NCBI GenBank assembly: GCA_965637545.1
Contig: OZ281494.1
Coordinates: 6,634,001 to 6,698,000 of the forward strand
Length of the DNA: 64,000 nt
Source: Phallusia mammillata
Lineage: Eukaryota
Reading direction: 5' to 3'
Below the pieces are notes generated by a model that was given only the letters and a program-made list of their open reading frames with translations, was not told the origin of the DNA and did no database searches. This document shows positions 12,840 to 24,474 of this stretch, piece after piece. Position 1 is the first letter of the stretch. Every line of letters starts with the position of its first letter. The position numbers and the translations under genes are program-made.

Positions 12840-15800
12840 TTAAAGCTTACACGGTAGACATTCCTTTCTGACGTCCTCATCTATGATGCAATACAACAGA
12901 AATACGACGATTCCTTGCGATCCGTTAACAAAAAAGAAAGGGTGCTATAACATTTTTTGGTGTATATTTACTAAAATGTAATTAATATGTTGATAGTTAA
13001 AAAGATCCAATGTACAATTATTACCTGTGAAAAAAGCCAAAATCCAAGTTCCGCCAAGCATGAGAAAGAGTAAGATGAAAGACTTTGCTGCTCTCAACGC
13101 ATCTCCTGTCCCCGGATCTTCCCCTCTGTTTTGCAGTCGCCTCGAGTTCAGCATTACATGTGTTGTCTTCAGGATAATCATCAGGTTGATGAAAAGGACT
13201 AGAGCAAGAGGAGCGATGACCGTTGTGTAGAAGATCGGAGTACCAGGCGTCAACCAACATCTGTCGTATTTTTGACTCTGTATAAATTGGTTACACTTCT
13301 CGTACAATGGTTGGGGCTTTATGTAGATTCCCATGAGAAACCCCACAGTAGTAGATATTCCTGCTAAAACAGCGGGAATAATCCAGCTAATCAGCATAAA
13401 GACCCTGAGACGTTTCGTCGAATCCTGAGTTTGAAACTCGACTGGAAAGGAAGTCGCCATTAACAGACGAATTCCTTCTACCAGGGTCGACATTCCTGAA
13501 ACAAACGATTTAATCGATCACAAACAAATCTTTAAATGGTTGAATTATTTAGTTAGTTATTTACCTGCACAGAGCAACAAATATTGATTAGCTGCTGTGT
13601 GAATCACACATGGAATTTCGTGCATCACGGCAAGATCATGAGACATGTTGACAGCGTGAAAGAGCAGAAGAGCCAGTGACAGGCTAATTTGAACCGGAAC
13701 CCGATCTCCACTGTGTTTCGAATTGTAGAGGATTATTATGGTGGCAATCAGAAACACGACTGATGTTGATTCTGTGACGTAAGATGTGTTCTGAAATAAA
13801 ATATTGCCTAATCATGAGTTGTTTGTTAAGTTGACATTTGAATCTTTACCTTAACACCCCTTGGTATGGTGGTGGATTCGACAGCCAGTAAAACTGTGAA
13901 CAAGGTGAGATGATTGCATTTGCAAGTGACGTTGCCTGTTATGTCATCAGTAGTTGTGACGCAACCACGATCGGAGTACTTTTCTTCAACTCTGTCGAAG
14001 TAAAGACAGATTGGTTTCATTTTGTTGATAACAAGGTTGGCATTGCTGATCTTTCTCGCTTTGATTTTCTTGCAGACTGATTCTGTTGACATTGGAAATA
14101 CTGTGAAATTTGCTCTCCCTTGAAGATGATTGCTTTCCTCGTTGCTGGTTGAATAGTTGTTGGATGTGGGTTTGAAGCTGTCTGCATTTCGACCAACAAT
14201 ATTAATAAAGGTTGTGTTCAATGCAGCTTCATACTTTGTTGAGGTTAGGGAGCCGGCTTGGAGCGGTTGCATCTGTACAGTTTTTGTTGTGTTTATCTTA
14301 AAGACATACACATCGATAACGACTCGTTGAACCCCGTTTGTCTGCAATGAGAAGTCAATCTTAGATGATACCAGCTGTATAGTTGAGTTATATGTCGCCT
14401 GGTTGATGTTTTTAACAACGATGTACAGTTGAGCTTCTCCATAATCATAAGTGGATCCGTTGGTTTCAGCATGAGTATGGGAAAGAATTCCAATTTGTTT
14501 TCCAATTTTTTTTATTTCTCCAACATTTAGTAAATTATTTTTTCCCAACTGTTGGAGAAATGACAGGGCTGCAAAAAACAACACCGTTAAAACAATTATA
14601 TACTACGACTAGCTCTCCATACTTTTATTAGGACAAACATTTTGTCATCCTTAATTGTAAAACGAACTAATATATTGTCATTCGGTAAGTCACTTTACTA
14701 TGGGCAAACAGCGCATTGAGGCATTGGGAGAAATGGCTATCAGGAGATTGTAAGTGACTGTTTTGATATGAAATATTTTGTAAATTAGTGCATGTATATT
14801 AGAATACTCACGTTTCACTTGGCAAGCATAGTAAGCCGGATCTCCACTGCAATTCATGCTTGACTGCTCCCATCCGATCCCATAATGCAACGCTCCCTGC
14901 TGGCAAGTTGTAACGTTGGAAACGGGAAAGTTTGCCGGAGATCCGTCGCTCCAATACCAACCATTCAACGACGTGTTGTAACGAGCTCCAAGGAAAATAT
15001 TTAGGTCTGAAAATCGTACACGAAACGGAATGTTTTGCTGAATTTAATTGTTTATTTTCTTTTTTTAACCTGGTACCAAGAACGATCCCGTAAATTCTGC
15101 AAATCCCCCATATGGCTCATTGACACTTCGTAATAGGTGTGAGTTGCTGCCACCATAGTAATTAAATATTTCCGTTTGGCCTTTTTTGTTATTAGTTTCA
15201 GAATACAGGATGTACTGTAATGTCCATCCTGAAAAATAGTAAATGAAATTGTTTTTGAAAGACGATTAATGTTTCAATCATATGTATTTGTCAGTAGGCT
15301 AAAACTGCAGCCCAAAACATAAACGGGGTTCCATCGCCGCGTTTTTAATGCGGTACTTGGATTTTGAGCTTTAATTGAATTCTTTTGTTTCAAAGATTTT
15401 GGTAAGAATTTCTTTGATTTTTTTTAAATGTTTGATTCCGTTTAATACACAGATAATTCTTGTACTCACCTGCAAATTTACAATGTCTTTTCATAGTTAC
15501 TGCCCATCTATACGGACTCCAACCCAAACAGAAGTAGATTGGCCGATACTCGTTATCAGGATTACTGTAGAAATCACCAGAAAAAATTCGAAAAATCAAG
15601 AATATATGTTTTGTAGTCTTAAAAAGAATGTCAACACGTTTTAATCATTTAACTATCAATGAAAATCTGTTCTGACGAATAGTTTTACCTCTCATATAAG
15701 TCGAAATACCACAGATGTCCGATATATTTGGTACTTTTCCAGAAATACACTTCAGTCGCATTTTTTTGAAAATTTGTATCGTTCGTATTTGACAGGGTCG

Positions 15801-16699
15801 TGAAAAACATAAACTCGCTGCAAAACTGAAATAATTTACATTTACTAAATCCATATCTAATCATCAAACGTTTCAACTGCTTTGACGTATATTTTAAAAT
15901 ATGAAAAAATCAGGTGTATTAACTCTAATTATCTTCCTTGAACAAATATTTTTTTGAAATAAACTATTAATTCATCAAGTCCGAACCCAACCTTATGTGT
16001 ATTTATCTGTCATAAGTTGAGTGAGAGTTGTGTTAATCTGTGGGTCATCAGTCATTGCAAGATTTCCACCCAGCAAAGAACATTTCTCCTGTGCAGTGTT
16101 TGCATCCACGAGATCGTCAGATAATATCAAAACAATTTTATTCATTGCTTTCCAAGTATTTTCGCTACCTGGACATGTTAAATTGAATTTTAATCATATT
16201 TAAGTTGTTGGCGCAAAGATTTTCTTTAAATTATTATGTTTTAGTGATTATTTAAAAGCGCTAGATTGAACTCGTATCTGATAAAAAAGTATACTTATGT
16301 CTAAGACATTAAAAAGAGTTGCGTTTGCGTGTGCATTGTGGATAATTGGTACTTGGTCTTTTCTTGAGTATTTGTACAGTTTTGCTGAGTTTCAACAACA
16401 GTTATTGTGATTTTACTAACAAAATTCTTGTAATATTGTGCTTTGGATACAAATAGAATGTGGTGAAAGCTTTTTACATTTGTTACATTTCATTACACAA
16501 TTTAACGCTGTTACGTTTCATCACACATTTTAAATACGTACATTTTTCTTTTGCTAAATTAACCAATACAGCTACATAATGTTGTCATAATCGTGACTTT
16601 CTCAAATACAAAACGCAGTGTGTTAAATCAATTTTACTTACTTGTGGAACTAACTAGTAACAAAGTTACCAGTACATTGGCTAGAAATTCTTTTGTCAT
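12840..16699 (-). pseudogene. aGPCR-1: adhesion GPCR with split C-type lectin ectodomain, probably pseudogenised
   Basis: Signal exon 16642-16699 (MTKEFLANVLVTLLLVSST); lectin exons 15992-16168, about 15689-15826, 15470-15564, 15070-15228, 14812-15006; GAIN exon 13870-14568 (CKCNHLTLFTVLL); 7TM exons about 13565-13790 and 13025-13497. Lesions: TAA at 15993-15995, +1 A at 15761-15767, and the acceptor plus start of the TM7 exon deleted near 12930. Confidence 0.8.
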
Positions 16700-17935
16700 A
16701 TCACTGCTTTTATTTTTGCCGTCGTGAAACAAAATCCTTCCAACAAAACTATTCCCAGTTGCAATTAAGCGTTGCCTAATTAGACGCACAGCATTTGCTT
16801 GAGCAAAGAAATGTCTGATCCAAATGCAATCTGTTAATTTGTGCAATGGCAAAAGCTAGCACGCTAACAGAAAAAAGCTCAATCGGTAGCTCTTAGCCTT
16901 CTTTTGGCTTTACTTCACAAAAAAGGTAAGGATATTGCGGCACTCAGCGACGAACGTACAACCGTCAAAGGATGCTTTTGCCAACCGACTTATTCTTATT
17001 GACAACTGAGAGAAGTTTAAATGAGTTGTTTATTTTCTAAGATATTGCTTAACGATGCAAAATTGTAATAAAATCAAGTCAATTAAATCCATAGCAATTG
17101 TTACTTAAGTAGTACATAAGTGCATTTAATGTCTAACATTTTGTTTTTTGTTTTTGAAACAGTCAGAAATTCAAACATTTATGTTTTCAGTTGTTTAAGG
17201 AGTAGTTTCTGCATCTTGTCCAACTCCTAAACAGGTTAAATTGGAAACAAAACTAATGTAACTGATTTTTGAAATAACTTTTCAAGCAGTAGCCATTTTG
17301 TTTGGTTTGATGAAATAATCAATACAAAATTTAAATGTTTAAATGAAAATGAAATATTTTCGTTGGGTACAGACCAAATTGTTTTCTTACTATCTGATTT
17401 ACCTCCTCGTGTCCAAATTCAACTTACACTACTATAATTTATCTTTCTACATTTTGTTTCTGTGATATAATGTTGGCAACAAACATTTTTGTTTTTCAAT
17501 AACGTGCAGAATAGTTTTGAATACTAATTGATGTGATATTTTCTGCCTACATTTTAAACCGTTTTGGTTTTCGGAATACCGAAAGAGTGTGATTTACTCT
17601 ACAACTTAAATGTAAAAATGCTTGTGTACCAAAACGTTTACAATTTTTTGTGTAACTATTATTTTTGTGCCATATACCACACTTAACGTTTGGTGGCAGT
17701 TGTTTTGTTTAGAAATCAAATCATTAAACTATTAAAAAAATATGAAATTCGACAAGGGTTAAAAGCCATTAAAATTAGGTAATGTTTTATAAATACATAA
17801 TAAAACATGAGGTGAAATTTATTTTTCGAAATTTGCCAAATATTAAACGAGAGATCGACAATATGAAAAAACAAACTGTGCCGGAAAAGGAAATGATCAT
17901 TTGCTACTATTTATTTGTTGGAATTCCAGTCTATT

Positions 17936-20900
17936 TTAATTGTTCATTGATACTCTGTTCATTTCCTCTCTCAGTGCAGAGTAGGGGCTAGCGCTCCAAT
18001 CGTAGTACGCATAGAGAGGTGTGAAAGCAGATTCGGTCATCTCTTCGCCATCGTCTTTCTCCTTCGCGTCAACCGAACCGAAGACGCTTTCCACATAAGC
18101 AGGTGGTGGATCTACAAGCAAAAGATCGTTGGTTCGAATCTCGGGTAATAAGCATTTGTTTGACAACGTAAAAGTCCTAAATATCAATTCCCTGTCGTAG
18201 CATATTGGATATTGACAAAGACCTCAAAACGGAATTCAAAACTGTGGTAAAGTAAACAAAAATCATGTTTATTTGGTTGTCTGCTTAGTAAATGCTGCCT
18301 TAATAATTAAATCTCATTGCCAGTGAAGCAAAGAACTGTATTAATATTTCATGACTGCAGAAAATTTCAAAATCAGTCGCTTGTATGCTTATCAGAAATT
18401 CCGGTATTTTTATTTAAAGCTGTTGCCGATATGTTACCGGTCTTATAGTTTTAGGCGAACATTTTTTTCTGTTGTACATTGTGCTTTCACATGGGTTACA
18501 GATCCTAAATATTGAACCATTTACAGAAAGCAAGTAACAATAATAATCTTACAATTCTGAGGCGCACTGTCTTCTGGTAGAAGCGGAAAAGTGCCAACTC
18601 GGATCGGTAAAGTCAAGTCAATGTTCTTTTTGCATGTGACCCGAATCTGTAAATTAAAAACTTCAGTTCGTTTGTTTGTTTTCTGCGAAGTTCGTTTCCA
18701 AGACAAGATACACGGAGCCGAACACGGCAATTTTATTTATTTTATCAAATTTTGCCTTGCATACCAGTTTTCAAGTCATTATCAACTTTGATAATGTCAT
18801 AATTTTGAAATCCATGTTATTTTGCCACTTTTAAGTTTTTCAAATACAATTACTGATGTAGACTGTTACCAACACTTATAATATTACCACATTTAAAGTT
18901 AATGTTATTTTGTCACTTCTTAGGGTTTTTTGCAGTCGCTGTCTGTCCCAACATTTTAGAATTTCAAACGGACCTGCAGTCTGTGTTTGAGATCAATGAT
19001 GCTGCAACCAGGAAGATCTGATGGAGGAAGACTTGGGATCAAAATCTTCCCTTGCCATTCACCTGTGGCGTTTTCTAAAAAGCAATCACAACTGTTTCAA
19101 ATACGATAACCATAAATTTCCCCTTCATTGTTTAGAGATTGAGATTTTCGTCAAAAATGTTGTTTCAGTTTGTAGTTATGGTATATATTTCCTCAAAAAG
19201 GATACATTTTAATATTCTACCATTCTTACAAAGTGTTTTAAGCCAAACTTACATTGACGTATCTCCGTGTTTCTTAACATTAAAACTAACACAGATTTTT
19301 AGGTACCTTTAACTGCTATATGTTCCTTAATTTTGGCTGCTGATGATTTGGTGACGTATTTTAGTGTTCCCAAAGCTTTACCATAAAACTTCGATTTCTG
19401 AAAAAAAAAATTGTCTGTGAAATGTAATGTAAACTTCTATTTGTTGGGCAGTTAATCAAAAATCGAAAAATCTTTTAGGTTCAGAAAACCGAAAGAGCTG
19501 TAAAGGAGAGGGTCGCCAATATAAACTAACACTCTACATAAAATCACCTTGTCTCATAAATAAAAATATATTTTGCTGGATATATATGGATGTATTTACT
19601 CCAAAACGACATTTGACCGAAAAAGATGCAGGACAAATACAACTAACCAAGTAAATGTGCTTTTCGGAAAGTCGTTACTGCAATAAACACTAGACAGAAA
19701 CACGCTCAATTTAAAAAGGTTACACAGAAACATATAACGTACTTGTTCCAACTTGACCTTGACCGCAGTGACGTCATATTCACTCTCGTTCTTGAAGGTG
19801 AGTGATATGTTGATGACCTCACCAGGGACGTAACCACCTTTGTCACACGAAGCTTCCACCAGCAGGGGGCGCCCTCCGAAAAATCCCTGTTTTTTTTCTT
19901 CGAAAACTTTCGGCATAATCTATGTGTTAAAAATTTGGTTATGTAAATAGCCAATTTGTTTACAGTTGCTGTATTTGAATTCGTGATAGTTGATATCTTG
20001 ATAACCATTTAATGATTAGTATTGTATTTACCTTAGCCTGTGGGTCTTTGTTAAGGTCAGTTGTAGGCACCACTGTGAATATTTTCTTTGTAGAGATATC
20101 TCTTCCCGATGGAATGTCAAACTTTACGTAAATTGTGTAGCGCACCCAACCGACACAACCTAAAACGAAAACACAAAGTTTATGCCAAAAAACAGAGTGT
20201 ATGTAGAGCAGGTTTGTCGGGGTATTGGCATTATGTTGAATTTACTGACTGTTTAACAACGCGTGACTATAAACATAATTTGGTGAATAAAAAGCGAAGA
20301 AAAGAAAGATTTTGTTTCAGTAAAGACAAATTTATGCAAATTGTTCAGCCGGCATTCGTTGACCTTCAAAAGTACATGGCGAGTTCTCTGAAAGAGTAAA
20401 TGAGAAAGGAAACTCGCTGACACCAGATGGCAGTGTTTCGCCCTCCCAAGACCGTCCACCTTAAAAAGAGAAATAAATAAATAATGAAAAAGTAATAATT
20501 ACGTGGATTGAATGCGTAGTTCAACGCCACAAGACTAAATGTGATAAGTCATAGGTTTACAGTTGCCCTCCGCCATTTCAAGTTTAAACCCGAACATTAA
20601 GTTGTTCAAAAAATACACGCTGATCATGTTATATGTAAACAGAGTGGTATACCAGTAATTATGAACAGAATTGACTGCATACGTATGCATGCATATCACT
20701 GTAGACAAATGAAAGTTTTAAAGTATTCCCCCCCCCCCCAAAAAAAAAATATTCACATGTTAACTAAATATAACTTAATATTTAACTTCCTACGCCATTA
20801 TTTAACTTGTGATGTGACGTTAGTTATTTTTAACTTACTAGAAGGCCACACCGACACAGTTTCGTCGGCGTAATATTCTTCTTTCTCGTAATACGCCTTT

Positions 20901-21508
20901 CTTGCAGCGTCGTACCAACCGTTGTGAGCTTTGCCGCGAAATCGAACTTCTACAGCTGAAACAGATTAAGTTTATATCAGAGACAACTGTCTGCAACTAA
21001 AATAAATTAACTTTGTGTAACATAATGATGGCAGTTCAGGCTAAAACACTTGTGCGGTAAGCCAAAATTGTGCAGTAATTTGAGCTTTAGGTATACCTAT
21101 GTATAGGATTATATTATTGAAGCTGATAACAAGACGTTAACCGCACGGCATGGCAGTTTATTGAAGCTTACACGCTGAACTTGACCTTAGCCTAACTATT
21201 TTATTAGAGCCAACGTTGTCTATTAGCACTTTTGCGATCTTATAAATCGCAACAGTGTCCAATGACTGGAGCACACTCATGTTTAGATGGGTATATTGTT
21301 GTTTATGCAACAGTTGTGGCGAAGCAACTGAGACATTCTAAAGTCAGGGTGAGTTCGGCAATCCAGAATAAGTAAAACCAACCAGAGTTAGCTCACCTCG
21401 ACACTGGAATGGAGAATCTGACGAGGCCAGGACTTTTCCTTCGACCTTTTCTCCCGGTGAAAACACCGCAGGATTTTTTGTAAACTCGACTCGGATTTTG
21501 GGACCCAT
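17936..21508 (-). CDS. Alpha-arrestin (arrestin domain-containing protein, ARRDC-like), 9 coding exons, intact
   Basis: Exons 21397-21508, 20839-20955, 20364-20459, 20032-20159, 19743-19919, 19307-19397, 18974-19074, 18553-18646, 17936-18111 splice in frame: VFSPGEKVEGKV, FRGKA, FPFSFTL..CTFEG..GWVRY, KGGYVPGEVI, IPSLPPSDLPGCSII, LPIRVGT, C-terminal PPPAY. Confidence 0.92.
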
Positions 21509-21860
21509 TTCAGTTTGGCAAATGGTTGAAATTGGAAGCACTTAAATCTTGTATGTTTTGTAATCACTGAAAAAATAGTGTATACTTTAGAATTGCGTGT
21601 GGTCACAGTCTTTTTTGCAGTTAGCCACGAGAAATCGACAAACTTTATTTCTGTCAAATTGATGAACTTATGTCTGAACTTATGACTTTGTAACGCTTTC
21701 TGAAACTTGGCAAATCAACTATTCTGACAAAAAATGCTCCCACTTGTTAAATATTTCGTTCATACATCCCTTACATTCGCTTTATGTTGCAAAAACGTAA
21801 TATGCCCAGCTAACGCAACGCGTCAAGTCAGCCTGTTCTCGATTTATAGCCGTCTGTTGA

Positions 21861-21954
21861 TCACGTGCGCAACGCATTTACAAACGTAATACCGCGCCGT
21901 CACAAAATGTCACGTGAACACAAGTAAGAAGTCACGTGAAAAAAATGTCACGTG
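21861..21954. promoter_or_regulatory. Cluster of four (G)TCACGTG E-boxes upstream of the alpha-arrestin gene
   Basis: CACGTG at 21862, 21911, 21933 and 21949, 350-450 bp upstream of the ATG; two more at 23104 and 23132. Confidence 0.6.
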
Positions 21955-23772
21955 GAAACATGTAAGGAGAAAGGACCTGGAGTAGACCAAAGAATACATT
22001 ATTTGCTGATTTTGCTGACTTTTTGCTTTCTACACCTTCTGAAGGGTGGCTGCTTTAATCTGATAACAAATTTTGAAAAAACAAGCGTTTAAATATTCCT
22101 GTTGTCTCAATCACAGCAGTTTGTACTGTGTTAGGACTTTGGATTCAAATATATATATATTACTTGCATGCAATTATCGTGACGTATTGCCCCGGTCAAA
22201 TTCGATCAAATTATACCTTGCCTTTTTCTATACAAAAGCTTGACCGATAAAAAAATCAGTTTTCAAATTACTGCACCTGTCCTAAAGCTATTATTGCACT
22301 GTTCCAATTGTCTACCTAAGGGTCAGTACACATGTGTTACTTAAGAAACGCCTTTTTAAAATCTAACCTTTGCCAGATCACACAGAAACAGAAACTGAAA
22401 TAAAATCGTTTTTTTTAACCTGCAGCCACTACCAATCGTCAACTGCTAAAGTTGTCTCTTTACCAGCCATATGCTCACCTTTGAGTAAGCAGGGAGTGCA
22501 TCGCGTAGTAAGCAAACAACAGTTTGTCAGAGATTTGTTGAACCGTTGTGATGTCGTTGAGCAAATATTTGTTTATCTCGTAAACGTAGTTTGTGTTATT
22601 ACGTTCCATTATCGATTAAGACAAACAGGTCACCGCGGCAAATATCGTTTTTACCATGTTATTGCCATTTATACAACTTTATGATTACATTTATTGTTTA
22701 ACCTGTACTCGACATTTTTGCTGTTTTCTTTCTTGTTGAAGAACTTACAACTGTGAGAAACCTCAATTCAATATCTCCTAAACTGAGTTGTTTCACTGTC
22801 TTTATAAATTTGTTGTCAGATTACATTGCTATGGCGGACACGTTATACTGCCCCTAAAGCGCCAGATTATATTGCTTCTTGTATTGCTTAAATATCACAC
22901 AGGGTGTTTATGCTTGTGATTATAGTGCAACCACGACCAAGAATAATCAAACTTTGTGACATACTGCTCACAATTCTCTTTTTCGTGGCAAATGTACACT
23001 GGCGCAACCATGTAGCACAAACCTTTGAAATCAAGGCGTGAAATTTTCGGCAGTAGCTGATACCGCACATTGATGCGCAGTGAAGCGAAACTCCCTCGAT
23101 AATCACGTGACGTCAAGCGTGGAAAGTGTGTCACGTGGTTAGTGACGTTCGGTCGCAAATATCTTGCCGAATACCTGGTCTAAATCGCCATTTGAACAAA
23201 CTTACACATTTTCATTGACTGTTAAATCCTGCAGATGTATACCTTAGATGAGACGGAACGCAATAAATCAAACCGACAACGATAAGCAGTATTGTAAATT
23301 GTCTTGTGTCCAATATATTGTTAATTTTCAAAATCAATGTACATACTTGTACCTTGCAGTTTATGCAACCTGGTAACAATAAGAATTAAGTTATGATGTT
23401 ATGATACAACAGACTTAACATATTTACGGATTAATTGTTCGTTCATGTTTTTGCAACTACACAGCAATTATTGATCACGTAGTTAGTTAATTATCACAAC
23501 CGACGCATAGAAGCGACGCAGTGCCAAGAACACTTTCAACAAGCTGTCCCAACGGAAGTCGTTCAGTTCGACGTACAATGCAATTAAGGAAGCAGTATTC
23601 CCTATTCAACCTTATTCCAGAATCAGCTTAATTTCTGTTCAACTGAGCTATAACTGACAACAAGATGCATCAAAACTTACATCATGAATATTTGCAATTC
23701 GGTAATAACTTTTTGGCCTTGGTTGCCATTTTCTCTGTTAAATGTACATCGGTTGCGAACAGATTGCACATC

Positions 23773-23863
23773 TAGGTTTATTGCATTAATTAGCCTGGAT
23801 TGTTAGGTTTTATGCATTAATTAGCCTGGATTGTTAGGTTTTATGCATTAATTGGCCTGGATT
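23773..23863. repeat. Three-copy 31-bp tandem repeat
   Basis: Unit TAGGTTTTATGCATTAATTAGCCTGGATTGT. Confidence 0.9.
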
Positions 23864-24474
23864 AAATGCACTCTGTTTATCTGGTACATAAATTAAACAC
23901 TGAATGGGATACATTTTGAGACTCATGAGCTAAAGAAATCCTCTTTTGCACGCTCGCTGTATTATGATGATAAGATAATCCGGTTGGCAGCTATCGGATA
24001 TATTTGTTTACCTTAAAGTGGGACAACGTTGATTGGAAACAGTTTGCAGCAAGACAGCGGGTTTTCAACACACATATGCTTAAGTTTAAAATTCAATGCT
24101 TGTTGTGGTCATTTGCTGTTCGCCGTAATATTTCTAACCTTAACTAGGTTTTAACTATTTGGTATCAGCTTTGTGTTGTCAAAACGATTTTTTCGAAAAC
24201 TAAGAAAACTTTTTGCATTGGGAGTTTTTGAAACTTTAGATCCATCGTGATATTTGGATTATCGTTTTTCCTAAACTGCAGAGTCTTTTTTATTCAAAAA
24301 TATTTACAGCGCTTTATACAATCATCAATTTGCAATATATTTTAAATCCACATTTATTCACATGTAACATTACACAAATAAAATCGTTGCGCTATGGAAA
24401 ATATCAATATATTTTAATTGTATTTATAAGGTGAATGTTGATGCGTTGTTCAAATTCACTACTAACGAAATCAG

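Noticed and set aside
21861-21954. Canonical ChoRE
   Set aside because: E-box spacings are 43, 16 and 10 nt, not 5.
23773-23863. 31-bp direct repeats as a CRISPR array
   Set aside because: No spacers, eukaryotic context, no cas genes.
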